From: an uncultured virus (IMG/VR IMGVR_UViG_3300025108_000034)
Lineage: Duplodnaviria; Heunggongvirae; Uroviricota; Caudoviricetes
Direction: 5' to 3' (one strand)
DNA length: 20,000 nt
Virus record (IMG/VR): IMGVR_UViG_3300025108_000034
In this document: one piece after another, positions 1 to 8,468 of the stretch
How positions within the stretch are numbered: the stretch's first letter is position 1
Layout: every line of letters begins with the position of its first letter
Notes under the pieces: model-generated
The model's database searches: none
The model's input: the letters and a program-made list of their open reading frames with translations, nothing else
Told to the model about the DNA's origin: nothing
Translations under genes and position numbers: made by a program

Positions 1-1
1 T

Positions 2-181
2 TACGCTGTCGAACCTATCATGTATTATGACCAAGCAACTAAGGACGAACTTATGAGCAACAACTATGAAAGCCACAACACCAAAGCAGAACGCCTTAAT
101 GGTCGACTAGCTATGCTGGGATTTATCGCAGCCATTGGAGCTTATGCCCTCACTGGCCAAATTATTCCAGGAGTTTTCTAA
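2..181 (+). CDS. hli: High-light-inducible protein (Hli/HLIP), 5'-truncated by the window edge
   Basis: Frame 2 reads ...EPIMYYDQ...KAERLNGRLAMLGFIAAIGAYALTGQIIPGVF*. This contains the ExxNGRxAMxG chlorophyll-binding helix and the TGQIIPG C-terminus typical of cyanophage/multicopy hli. Not in the ORF track. Confidence 0.96.
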   Translation, partial: YAVEPIMYYDQATKDELMSNNYESHNTKAERLNGRLAMLGFIAAIGAYALTGQIIPGVF

Positions 182-253
182 GGTGCGTAGCCAATAACTC
201 TGAATTCCCTACAAGAACTTTGGAGTTATTAACTACCGATTTACTCATCAGAC

Positions 254-282
254 GCCTCCTGATTGCTTCCCAGTCAGGAGGT
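254..282 (+). other. 12-bp stem-loop between hli and terS (possible terminator or mRNA-stabilising hairpin)
   Basis: GCCTCCTGATTG-cttcc-CAGTCAGGAGGT, with no U-tract after it. A second hairpin (AATAACTC/GAGTTATT, 193-230) lies just upstream. Confidence 0.5.
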
Positions 283-319
283 ATAAACAAGTTAAGTTAC
301 ATTAGGTTTCTCATGGCTC

Positions 320-327
320 GGCATACT
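320..327 (+). promoter_or_regulatory. Putative phage-sigma promoter motif GGCATACT upstream of terS
   Basis: Matches the recurring GGHADMCT motif; 21 nt before ATG 349. Confidence 0.5.
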
Positions 328-348
328 ACAGCGACGAGATGTCAGGCT

Positions 349-963
349 ATGACTCAAGAGTGGCGTGAAGCCAAAGCAAAAGTCAATCCTGGTCCCATCT
401 GGAATTATCAGAGGGGTTACAGGGTCCGCGAAGCCGGAAGGCACGAGGACGAAAAAGCGTATCGAGCTTTTCAGTTTTACTTGAATTCTGGCAGTAGTAG
501 AGCGCTGTCTCACACTGCTGAGGCGTGTGGCAATAGTGCTACGACTGTGGCTAAATGGTACGACACCTATGGCTGGGCTAAGCGTTGCGCGGCCTACGAC
601 AAACAGCAAATGGCGATTACTTTTAAGGAGGCAAATGCTGTCGAACGTAAACGTCATCGTCGAAATATTCAAGAGTTTCGGCAGGCCAACGAAGATCAAG
701 CTCGAATGATGATGGATGTCAGCTCTGACTTGATGGACGTCGTTCAGAAGCGAATAGAGAAGGCAAGAGAAGAGGATGAGAATATTCCCATGGGCTTGCT
801 CTCTGGTCTTATGAGAGCGGCGGCAAACCTCTCTGACGCTGGTAGGCAGTCTTGGGCCACGTCTCTCGGCGTATCCGAATTAATGCAGGTGGTAGATCAG
901 GAGCTAGAAGAAGCGGCTCAGATAGAAGACGTTGATGTTTACGAAATTCCCATCGACGAATAA
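349..963 (+). CDS. Terminase small subunit (putative)
   Basis: Lies directly upstream of TerL. It has an HTH-like segment (AFQFYLNSGSSRALSHTAEACG...KWYDTYGWAKRCAAYD), a coiled-coil middle and an acidic tail. Start at ATG 349 (or 313) is preferred over TTG 220. Confidence 0.7.
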   Translation: MTQEWREAKAKVNPGPIWNYQRGYRVREAGRHEDEKAYRAFQFYLNSGSSRALSHTAEACGNSATTVAKWYDTYGWAKRCAAYDKQQMAITFKEANAVERKRHRRNIQEFRQANEDQARMMMDVSSDLMDVVQKRIEKAREEDENIPMGLLSGLMRAAANLSDAGRQSWATSLGVSELMQVVDQELEEAAQIEDVDVYEIPIDE

Positions 964-966
964 TTT

Positions 967-2487
967 ATGGCAGTCAAGAAAGGTAACGACTACCTCGAAA
1001 GAGCGTCCTTAGGTCAAGGCCTCGTAAAAGAGATCAAACACAAGAAAGCTGAGAAAGGACCGGGAAAAAATGTCGTCTTGTGGAAATTTATTCGCAAAGT
1101 ATTTCCTCAGTATAAATTTTACAAATTTCATGCTAAAGTCATCGAACAACTGCAGAGAGTCATTGACGGAGAATGCAATCGACTTATACTTCAGGTCCCG
1201 CCGAGACATGGAAAGAGCCTCCTTGCATCGCAATTACTTCCTGCTGCTTATCTTCTTGCTCATCCCGACCGTCATGTGGGTATCAGCTCTTACTCCGCAG
1301 AGCTTGCCGAAGGGTTCTCCCGTAAGGCAAGGGGCTATTTCAAGGAAGGCGGTGGTCTGCTAAGCGAGGAAAGCAAAGCTGTCAATGCTTGGGGAACAGA
1401 AGGAGGAGGCGGTTTGTGGGCGGCAGGTGTTGGCGGTGCCGTAACTGGCCGATCTGGACATCTTCTCATCGTTGACGATCCTGTAAAAAACAGAGAAGAT
1501 GCTGAGTCTTCTAGGATAATGGAAAAACTTAATGACTGGTACACTTCAACGCTCTACACAAGACTGGAGCCTCACGTTGGCGCGATCGTCATTATTCAGA
1601 CGAGATGGTCCGAGAATGACATGATTGGCCAATTATTGGACAATGAAAAGAATGTTTCCGAGAAAGGCCGAGAAGGATGGACGATCGTTGATCTTCCAGC
1701 ATTATATGAAGACAAAGATGATCGACCAAAGCTGCCTGAACACTGTCCTGTCATAGAAGATTGGCGATCGGAGATAGGAGAAGCCTTGTGTCCCCAGCGA
1801 TATGATACAGACGCATTAGAGAGAATCAGAGAAGCTATTGGATCAAGAGATTTCGCTTCTCTGTATCAGCAAAGGCCAGCCCCAGAAGGCGGAAACCTGT
1901 TCGCTCCTGAATGGTGGCAATATTACAGCTGGGATAGTAATCTGCCCGATTTTCAAAGAGTGATGCTTTCAGTTGACTGTACTTTTACGAACGCTAAAAA
2001 CAGTGACTATGTCGTAGGCACAGTCGTTGGGCAAGCTGGAAATTCTTTTTATGTTCTGGACTTAGTAAGGGAGAAGCTTGACGTAGTGGGAACGATGGCA
2101 ATGATTGCCAGGATGTACAAAAGGCATGCTCTGTCTGGTTGTGTTATTGAGCTCGCTGCGTCGGGTTATGCTGTTTATCAAATGATGCAAAAACGAATAC
2201 CAGGCCTGATTGGCTTTAAGCCTGAGAAAAGCAAAGAGGCAAGGGCTTCTGGAATCGTGCCTTTAGTGGAAGCAGGTAATGTTTATTTACCTGTCAGCGC
2301 AACTTGGCTGGATGCTTTTTTAAATGAGTTTGCTTTGTTTCCAGCATCTAAGAACGACGACATGGTCGATAGCTTGACGATGGCTTTGAATTATTGTGCT
2401 CAGCGATCAGCCCCTCAGGCAACTTCGGTGACCTGGGGTAGAGGAGATCGCGTATTACCAAACGCTTCAAAATATAACGCATGGTAA
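967..2487 (+). CDS. terL: Terminase large subunit (Terminase_6-like ATPase plus C-terminal RNase H-like nuclease)
   Basis: Walker A VPPRHGKS, Walker B LLIVDDP, coupling motif IQTRW, SLYQQRP, and nuclease acidic motifs SVDCTF and NDDMVDS. Confidence 0.96.
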   Translation: MAVKKGNDYLERASLGQGLVKEIKHKKAEKGPGKNVVLWKFIRKVFPQYKFYKFHAKVIEQLQRVIDGECNRLILQVPPRHGKSLLASQLLPAAYLLAHPDRHVGISSYSAELAEGFSRKARGYFKEGGGLLSEESKAVNAWGTEGGGGLWAAGVGGAVTGRSGHLLIVDDPVKNREDAESSRIMEKLNDWYTSTLYTRLEPHVGAIVIIQTRWSENDMIGQLLDNEKNVSEKGREGWTIVDLPALYEDKDDRPKLPEHCPVIEDWRSEIGEALCPQRYDTDALERIREAIGSRDFASLYQQRPAPEGGNLFAPEWWQYYSWDSNLPDFQRVMLSVDCTFTNAKNSDYVVGTVVGQAGNSFYVLDLVREKLDVVGTMAMIARMYKRHALSGCVIELAASGYAVYQMMQKRIPGLIGFKPEKSKEARASGIVPLVEAGNVYLPVSATWLDAFLNEFALFPASKNDDMVDSLTMALNYCAQRSAPQATSVTWGRGDRVLPNASKYNAW

Positions 2488-2490
2488 ACT
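2483..2490 (+). promoter_or_regulatory. Putative phage-sigma promoter motif GGTAAACT upstream of the sigma gene
   Basis: GGHADMCT match 19 nt before ATG 2510. Confidence 0.5.
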
Positions 2491-2509
2491 GAAGATAAAG
2501 AAGGTTTAC

Positions 2510-3241
2510 ATGGCACGTCGCCCTGCTAAGTTTACAATGAATAACGAGCAGCGTAAGCTTGCTGCAGACAATCTAAACCTAGCAAGGAGAGAAGCTTGGA
2601 GACTTCAAAGAACTACTGAGATCGATTATCACACCTTGGAATCAGTAGCATTCGAGGGGTTATGCAAAGCGGCTTATCGTTATGACGCCTCAAGGCCTCA
2701 TCCTATTACGGGAAAGAGCATGAAGTTCTCCAGTCTGGCGACACCAACAATTCGCGGGGAGTTACTTCATTGGATAAGAGATAGGACTTACGCACTTAGA
2801 CTGTCGCATAAAATGAGAGAGCGATGGGTCAAGGGGCGAAAGCTCCTTTACAGAGGAGCAAGTGATATCGAGGTGGCTGAAGAGCTTGGGATCGATCGTC
2901 AGGAGTGGCAAGAAATCCGCAAGGTTTGTTCTGGTCCTCCCCTTGAGCTAAAGGAGCAGGCGAAGCCCTCAGAGCCTTTGACGGCTAGTGAAATCGATTT
3001 CGGTGCCATGTATCTAGAGTTAGCGTCGTCAGCCATGGAAGAGCTAGAGGATCAATCTGAGGTCCTTGATCGATTGGAGATATATCTAAGCGGAACAGGA
3101 TCTCGTCTCCCTACAGAAGCTATCGACAGGTTGCTTTCCATCGCAGGCTGCAGAGAGACTGATTGGTCCGAAGCAGGGATCGAACTGATTGATGGCTGTC
3201 AGAAACTGGCCAACAACCGCTATCAGCCAAATCTTTTCTGA
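2510..3241 (+). CDS. Phage RNA polymerase sigma factor (sigma70 family, group 3/SigF-like, regions 2-3)
   Basis: Region 2: NLNLARREA...LESVAFEGLCKAAYRYD...KFSSLATPTIRGELLHWIRD. Region 3-like segment: ASDIEVAEELGID. No recognisable region 4.2 HTH. Confidence 0.88.
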   Translation: MARRPAKFTMNNEQRKLAADNLNLARREAWRLQRTTEIDYHTLESVAFEGLCKAAYRYDASRPHPITGKSMKFSSLATPTIRGELLHWIRDRTYALRLSHKMRERWVKGRKLLYRGASDIEVAEELGIDRQEWQEIRKVCSGPPLELKEQAKPSEPLTASEIDFGAMYLELASSAMEELEDQSEVLDRLEIYLSGTGSRLPTEAIDRLLSIAGCRETDWSEAGIELIDGCQKLANNRYQPNLF

Positions 3242-3273
3242 TACACTGGCTAGAGCCTTGCGGGCAATGGTCT

Positions 3274-4866
3274 ATGGCAATTACTCAAAAGACGCTTCAG
3301 GCTATAAAAGCAGCGCCATTGTCTACCGTTGTGGAAGCGACAGGAGGCTTGCTGAAGAAGGTAGGGCATGAATTCGTGACTCAATGCCTCTGGCATGAAG
3401 ATACCAACCCCTCGTTGACGATTAGTGATCAAAAGGGGTTTTGTTTCTGTCATGTTTGCAGGGGGGGCGGAGATGTTCTTGACTATGTACAGAAAAGGAA
3501 AGGGCTAAATCTGAGGGACGCCGCTGAGCTAGTCGCTAGCGTTCATGGCATAGCTTTTGAAACGGATGACGAAGATTCGGAGCATGCAAGAGCAAGACGT
3601 GCCGCTTTTGCTCAGAATCTTGCGAAGATTGGCAGCATCCAAGAAACGTTTAGAAGTAACTGGACGGATCCTAGGGCGAGTAGAGTCCATGAGATATGGC
3701 TCGCGAGAGGATTGACTAAAGAGGCTTCTAAAGAGTTTGAAATAGGATACGCGCCTAATGGAGAATTTGCCGGAAGGATTACTATCCCGATCTATGATTA
3801 CAAAAACCGACTTGTTGGATGGACTGGTCGAGCCACGAAAGAGGGCCAAAGCGCGAAATACAAGAACAGTGCAGATAGTGACATCTTTCACAAAAAGCTT
3901 CTTGTATTTAACGAACCACGGGGACTGGAAGCAGCTAGAGAAGCGGGATGTCTTATTTTTGTTGAGGGACATCTAGATGTTCTTAGTATGTGGCAGGCTG
4001 GAATTCGCAACGTGGTTGCCATGCAAGGCACTGGAGCTCCTGACGTTTCGGTTCTAAAAAGGTTGTCTCGTAGTGTAAAGAATTTTGTGTTATGTTTTGA
4101 TGGAGACGCCGGAGGTAGAAAAGCGGCTGAGCAGTTCCTTTCTGTAGGTGGCCCTATGGCTATGTCTGGTGAGATAAATATCAACATATCAACTTTGCCA
4201 GAAAAGAAAGATCCCGACGATATACTTAAAGAAGGTGGAGACTTGTACAGCTTAATAGCTAGCGCTCCGTCATGGCTTGATTGGGTCATAGATACTTGGG
4301 CCGTAGATCTGGACAAAGAGAATACGTCTATGGTTACAGAAGTAGAAAAGAGATTAAGGCAATTGATAAATGGATTACATTCCAAAGCGCTTCGAACTCA
4401 TTACATAGACAAAGCCTCACGGATTTTATCTATTAACGAAAAAGAAGCAGAAAAGATCAGCAAAGAATGGGGCAGTGCAGAGTATCGTCAACAAGTAAAG
4501 GCTTGGGAGCCAAGAGCTCCACATGAGATTCGATTAGCAGCAGAGCGTCGACTGTTGAGGATCTTCATTCACTGCGAAGACCAACGGGTAAGACTAGCTC
4601 CACTAGTTGAGCAAATAACAAACCCAGCTTTGCGGTGGCTCTGGGAGCGTCTTAAAGAGCTGGACAATTGTTCTTCGATAGATCTTACTCCTCATAGTGC
4701 AATGGCTGTTGTCGCTGTAGCCGAGCCGCACTACATGCAGCAACTACGGGCTTTGATTAGGCCGAATGTTTTTGTCGATACTAGTGAAGGAGTGATAGAG
4801 CATCTTAATGATATACTGGAAAGGGAAGCTCTGATCAAAGAAAGGAATGAGTCTGACACCGATTAG
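3274..4866 (+). CDS. dnaG: DnaG-type DNA primase
   Basis: CHC2 zinc finger (CLWHEDTNPS...CHVC), GRITIPI...GWTGR, KYKNS, and Toprim motifs VEGHLDV, CFDGDAGG and KDPDD. Confidence 0.96.
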   Translation: MAITQKTLQAIKAAPLSTVVEATGGLLKKVGHEFVTQCLWHEDTNPSLTISDQKGFCFCHVCRGGGDVLDYVQKRKGLNLRDAAELVASVHGIAFETDDEDSEHARARRAAFAQNLAKIGSIQETFRSNWTDPRASRVHEIWLARGLTKEASKEFEIGYAPNGEFAGRITIPIYDYKNRLVGWTGRATKEGQSAKYKNSADSDIFHKKLLVFNEPRGLEAAREAGCLIFVEGHLDVLSMWQAGIRNVVAMQGTGAPDVSVLKRLSRSVKNFVLCFDGDAGGRKAAEQFLSVGGPMAMSGEININISTLPEKKDPDDILKEGGDLYSLIASAPSWLDWVIDTWAVDLDKENTSMVTEVEKRLRQLINGLHSKALRTHYIDKASRILSINEKEAEKISKEWGSAEYRQQVKAWEPRAPHEIRLAAERRLLRIFIHCEDQRVRLAPLVEQITNPALRWLWERLKELDNCSSIDLTPHSAMAVVAVAEPHYMQQLRALIRPNVFVDTSEGVIEHLNDILEREALIKERNESDTD

Positions 4867-6115
4867 TCACCTAAGAGAAGAAATCCTTGACCTTTACGAA
4901 GTCCATGGGTCCTATCTCGGAGCAGCAACTGCTCTTTACGAGAAATATCCATATTTGGCAAAGCCCAACCAATTAAGGTCTTATATAAAAACAGAGATTC
5001 AAGCTATCGAGCCTGATGTCGAGATGCTTACGGAGACAGTCCGATTAGCAAAAAAGAATCAAGAACTACAAGACTTGAGTCGCATTCAAAACAAATCATT
5101 CAGAGATTATGCTCGAATCGAAAACTCGGTCCATGCTTACAGTGAGTCAATCCTTGCCGAGCTTCAGCTCCATGGTTCTAGGCTTAGTGATCTCCCTCGG
5201 CGTAATGGGCCTCTTGACCCTTCCTCTGCTGTTATCGTCGTCCATCTCTCAGACAACCACTGGAACGAATTAGTTAATCTACCTAGTAATCAGTTTGACT
5301 TCGAGATTGGATCTAAACGATTGCAATTATTTGCTCAAAAGATAAAGCTTCAGGGCAAAGCGTATGGAGCACAGCGGATCGTGGTGTTTTTTGGGGGAGA
5401 TCTCATGAATAGCGATCGTCGGCTAGACGAACTACTTGCTATGAGCACAAACCGTGCTCGTGCAACGCTGTTAGCTGTACACCTTTACAAACAGTTTTTA
5501 ATGGACTTACGAGCAGATTTTTTCGTCGACTGTTTTGGAGTTACAGGCAATGAGTCACGAGCAAAAGAAGATCTAGGATGGGTCGATATTGTCGCTACCG
5601 ATAGTTATGATTTCACGATTTACAGTATGCTTCAAGCTGTTTTTGATGCAACAAAGGATAGGGGAATGAGATTTCACGATTTTCAAGCTAACGAAGTTGT
5701 TTTTCAAATTCACAATCAAACGTTCTTAGGTCTTCACGGGCATCAAATCTCTGCAACAGATCAGAAGAAAGTTCAAGCCATGATTGGGAAATATGCAGCC
5801 AAGGGCATTAATGTTACTCACATTCTCTGCGGTCACATCCATAGCACTATCGTTTCGGACTACGTTTCTCGAAACGCCAGTCTCGTGGGTTCTAACGCCT
5901 ATTCTGAGGAGGCACTGGGATTTGTCTCGAAAGCCGCGCAAAATTGTCATGTTGTCACGCCTCAGGGGCTTGACGGAATCAAATGTGACCTGCAAAAAGT
6001 CGAGAATATTGAGGGTTATGAAATTATTGACAAGCTTGTTGAGTACAATGCTAAGTCAGCCGGAAAAACGGGAGAAGCTGTTCTCAACGCTAGACCTGTG
6101 GTTCGAGTGATTTAA
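4847..6115 (+). CDS. Calcineurin-like metallophosphoesterase with N-terminal helical/coiled-coil extension
   Basis: Motifs HLSDNH, GGDLMN, GNES (GNH variant), LHGH and GHIH occur in canonical order. Overlaps the primase 3' end by 20 nt. Confidence 0.8.
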   Translation: MSLTPISHLREEILDLYEVHGSYLGAATALYEKYPYLAKPNQLRSYIKTEIQAIEPDVEMLTETVRLAKKNQELQDLSRIQNKSFRDYARIENSVHAYSESILAELQLHGSRLSDLPRRNGPLDPSSAVIVVHLSDNHWNELVNLPSNQFDFEIGSKRLQLFAQKIKLQGKAYGAQRIVVFFGGDLMNSDRRLDELLAMSTNRARATLLAVHLYKQFLMDLRADFFVDCFGVTGNESRAKEDLGWVDIVATDSYDFTIYSMLQAVFDATKDRGMRFHDFQANEVVFQIHNQTFLGLHGHQISATDQKKVQAMIGKYAAKGINVTHILCGHIHSTIVSDYVSRNASLVGSNAYSEEALGFVSKAAQNCHVVTPQGLDGIKCDLQKVENIEGYEIIDKLVEYNAKSAGKTGEAVLNARPVVRVI

Positions 6116-6162
6116 GAGATGCCAAGGTACTGTGCTTAATCCTGCGAAATTGCTAACGAACT

Positions 6163-6360
6163 ATGAAAAACGTCACCATCTATACTCTTTCGAACTGTAA
6201 GTGGTGTCTTAAGGCTAAGAGGCTTCTTGAACTCCTCAAGGTATCCTACACAGAAGTCAATGAAAAATTTGACGGTTACCCTACCGTTCCTTATATTGTC
6301 GTAGACGGTAAGCCCATAGGTGGCTTTACCGAATTCGCGGCTTATTGTCGTAAGCTTTAA
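6163..6360 (+). CDS. Glutaredoxin
   Basis: CKWC active site, TVPYI cis-Pro motif and IGGFTE. Confidence 0.92.
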   Translation: MKNVTIYTLSNCKWCLKAKRLLELLKVSYTEVNEKFDGYPTVPYIVVDGKPIGGFTEFAAYCRKL

Positions 6361-6366
6361 ATTACT

Positions 6367-7002
6367 ATGAATTTCCGATCTATCTTGACCCCTGCCCTTT
6401 TCGCTTCTTTAGCTTTTGGGGGGCTGGGGTCTTTTCCTGTTCAGGCAGCAAGTTCCAAAAACTTTTGCCTAAATCCTCACCACAGAACTGTCCGCGACCG
6501 TCTAAAGCCTTTGGCAGACCTAATCGCAAGAGGAGAAGGAAACTACAACTCTGTGAATCGTGGGTATGCTGGCGACACCCCTGGAGGTATTCAGTCTTTA
6601 ACTGGGATGACCTTCGAGAACTACACAGTTGGTCAGATAGTATCGTATCAGCACAGTTGGCTTCATGCTGTTGGTCGCTATCAGTTGATTCCTTCTACAT
6701 TTCGTTTTGCTGTAGCCAATTCAGACGTCAGCCCTCTGGACATGTTCACTCCCGAGGTTCAGGACAAGCTGATGGTGGCCTTGGTCCTGAACAAGAGACC
6801 TGCTGTTGGTGATTACCTTAAGGACCGACACGACTCACTGGGACTAGCCATGGATGAAATGGCTAGAGAGTGGGCTTCTATTGAATACAGAAGCGGGAGA
6901 GGCTACTATGATCACACTGGAGGAAATCGCGCTCACATTTCCAGGTCTCACCTTGCAAAAGTATTACGCAAAATTAAAACTGATTGGTACTTCATTACTT
7001 AG
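6367..7002 (+). CDS. Lysozyme-like endolysin (lambda R/GH104-like) with N-terminal signal peptide
   Basis: LADLIARGEGNYN (candidate catalytic Glu), AVGRYQLIPSTF, FTPEVQD and EWASI. The N-terminus MNFRSILTPALFASLAFGGLGSFPVQA has a hydrophobic core and a V-x-A cleavage-like site. Confidence 0.8.
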   Translation: MNFRSILTPALFASLAFGGLGSFPVQAASSKNFCLNPHHRTVRDRLKPLADLIARGEGNYNSVNRGYAGDTPGGIQSLTGMTFENYTVGQIVSYQHSWLHAVGRYQLIPSTFRFAVANSDVSPLDMFTPEVQDKLMVALVLNKRPAVGDYLKDRHDSLGLAMDEMAREWASIEYRSGRGYYDHTGGNRAHISRSHLAKVLRKIKTDWYFIT

Positions 7003-7035
7003 TTTTGAACTAAATCATTATCAAAAGGATACTCC

Positions 7036-7197
7036 ATGATTTCTAACTACACAGTCATCTACGAGGATGGAGCTGGACACAGAAGAGAGTTCTACCTTAA
7101 AGCTAAATCAATAGCTCATGCTACTGTTTCGGCTAGAGAATTACTACCTGATTGTGTCACCATTGTCCGCGCTTATCACAATCCGTCTTGGGATTAA
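7036..7197 (+). CDS. Small hypothetical protein (53 aa)
   Basis: AAGGA RBS at 7025-7029; MISNYTVIYEDGAGHRREFYLKAKSIAHATVSARELLPDCVTIVRAYHNPSWD*. Below the ORF-track cutoff. Confidence 0.75.
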   Translation: MISNYTVIYEDGAGHRREFYLKAKSIAHATVSARELLPDCVTIVRAYHNPSWD

Positions 7198-7200
7198 TCC

Positions 7201-7440
7201 ATGCAAATAACTTATTCTTTTTTAGTCGTTTTAGTTTGTTGCTTTTACCTGTGGCCACAAGAAACAAGTAATAGTATTGCAGCTGTCTCCCTAAAACTTC
7301 AGATTTATTACATAAATTACAGAACGAAATGGATGGCGTGGAAAATGTACTGTCAGTTAAAGAAACTATGCAAAGAGTCTGGGTTCCCAGATCCCGGCCC
7401 GTTTACATTTGTAAACATATGGGAAAGAGATGTACGGTAA
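7201..7440 (+). CDS. Hypothetical membrane-anchored protein
   Basis: Tightly packed after the previous ORF; hydrophobic N-terminus. Confidence 0.65.
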   Translation: MQITYSFLVVLVCCFYLWPQETSNSIAAVSLKLQIYYINYRTKWMAWKMYCQLKKLCKESGFPDPGPFTFVNIWERDVR

Positions 7441-7479
7441 CCTGATATACTTGCAAAGTCTCCAGTTAGACTGCTTACG

Positions 7480-7614
7480 ATGGCCTTTTTCGTCAAAACA
7501 AACTCTCAAAAGCCTGGACCCAAGAAACGCACTTCTATTGGAAACGGCTTACGCAAACTTGGTAGCTACAAAAAGAAAAGCCAAAAGCCTTCAAGGGGCC
7601 AAGGCAGAAAATGA
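7480..7614 (+). CDS. Small highly basic peptide ending in RGQG (44 aa)
   Basis: MAFFVKTNSQKPGPKKRTSIGNGLRKLGSYKKKSQKPSRGQGRK* has 14 K/R and no D/E. It is preceded by GGTAACCT (7436-7443) and resembles the 'KKTS...YRGQG' peptides I recall from aquatic phages. Confidence 0.7.
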   Translation: MAFFVKTNSQKPGPKKRTSIGNGLRKLGSYKKKSQKPSRGQGRK

Positions 7615-7654
7615 TTCAGCCCTTGCTTTGCACAGACCAAACTCTTTATGCCTT

Positions 7655-7801
7655 ATGACTTGCGAACCACCCTGCAAGAAATGCCAATGCGTCAAAGTCT
7701 GCGATCACTTAGAGCTCGACGACGACTTCTACTTTGAGTATGACTACAGTGCCTTAGCATCTGAAACACTTAGGTTCTTCAAAAAACAAGGTTACGACTA
7801 A
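7655..7801 (+). CDS. Small Cys-rich/acidic hypothetical protein (48 aa)
   Basis: 3' part of track ORF 7430..7801: MTCEPPCKKCQCVKVCDHLELDDDFYFEYDY... Its stop overlaps the next start (TAATG). Confidence 0.5.
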   Translation: MTCEPPCKKCQCVKVCDHLELDDDFYFEYDYSALASETLRFFKKQGYD

Positions 7802-8010
7802 TGTTTAATCTTTTCCGTAAACAGAACTATTTTCATTACGAAGTAATTTATCGTTACGGCAGTCGTCCATTTTTCTCTCGCGCAGTAATTAAGGCTTCAA
7901 GTCGTCACAAAGCTCATCGAAGCTTTGACACTGATCCTAATTTCGAGGGGTGTACTCGCGTCTGTGACGCCATCATCCTTGACAGTCGGCGTTTAGCAGA
8001 GAGAGGCTAA
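7801..8010 (+). CDS. Small hypothetical protein
   Basis: Coupled start (TAATG). Shares the YxVxY...VIKASS pattern with ORFs at 7036, 16014 and 17779. Confidence 0.6.
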   Translation: MFNLFRKQNYFHYEVIYRYGSRPFFSRAVIKASSRHKAHRSFDTDPNFEGCTRVCDAIILDSRRLAERG

Positions 8011-8055
8011 GTCGCTTGTGTATTATCGCGTGCGAATTTTGACCAACCCTCTCTT

Positions 8056-8416
8056 GCCTGCAGGTAGTGACAAAACGGCATCGATGGTGCATAATGAAGA
8101 GGCAGAGGCAGACAACCCCCATGACCGGCTTCAACTACACAACCCGCCAGGATGTCCTTGACACCGTCACTGTTCACACCCTGATTGACGTCGAGGGCTC
8201 CATCAAGAGCTTCAAGCGCAGCTGCCGCCCCGCTGGCCGTGGCCGCCCCACTCGCCGTGGCACTCGTCTCATCAACTTTGACGGCCTGACCATCGAGGTC
8301 AAGATAGGCGAATCCTGCCTGGGTGCTGGCGGCTTCGGAATGACCACCACCCTCCTCCTGAACGGGAAGCGCACCACGATCCAGAAGATCGCCAAGGCCC
8401 ACCTCGCCTGCAGGTA
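8056..8416 (+). repeat. Direct repeat pair GCCTGCAGGTA (8056-8066 and 8406-8416) flanking a promoter+gene unit
   Basis: 11-bp exact match (13/14 including the upstream CTy), 350 bp apart. Confidence 0.6.
8067..8095 (+). promoter_or_regulatory. Host sigma70-type (early) promoter
   Basis: GTGACA-N17-CATAAT upstream of ATG 8121. Confidence 0.6.
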
Positions 8417-8417
8417 A
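8121..8417 (+). CDS. Basic hypothetical protein, GC-rich early-type gene
   Basis: Strong C/G third-position bias. ATG 8121 lies downstream of the promoter, so it is preferred over track start 8067. Confidence 0.7.
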   Translation: MTGFNYTTRQDVLDTVTVHTLIDVEGSIKSFKRSCRPAGRGRPTRRGTRLINFDGLTIEVKIGESCLGAGGFGMTTTLLLNGKRTTIQKIAKAHLACR

Positions 8418-8424
8418 TTTCCTC

Positions 8425-8438
8425 GGCCCTTCGGGGCC
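8425..8438 (+). terminator. C(UUCG)G tetraloop hairpin after a stop codon (weak terminator or processing site)
   Basis: GGCCC-TTCG-GGGCC followed by a pyrimidine run. Confidence 0.5.
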
Positions 8439-8468
8439 CTTCTCCTGTCCTGATTAGAACCCTGACCA

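Noticed and set aside
220..348. N-terminal extension of terS from TTG 220
   Set aside because: It runs through two hairpins and lies upstream of the promoter-like motif. ATG 349 (or 313) is more plausible.
7430..7654. 5' part of track ORF 7430..7801
   Set aside because: The interval is better explained by the 44-aa basic peptide in another frame plus a separate start at 7655.
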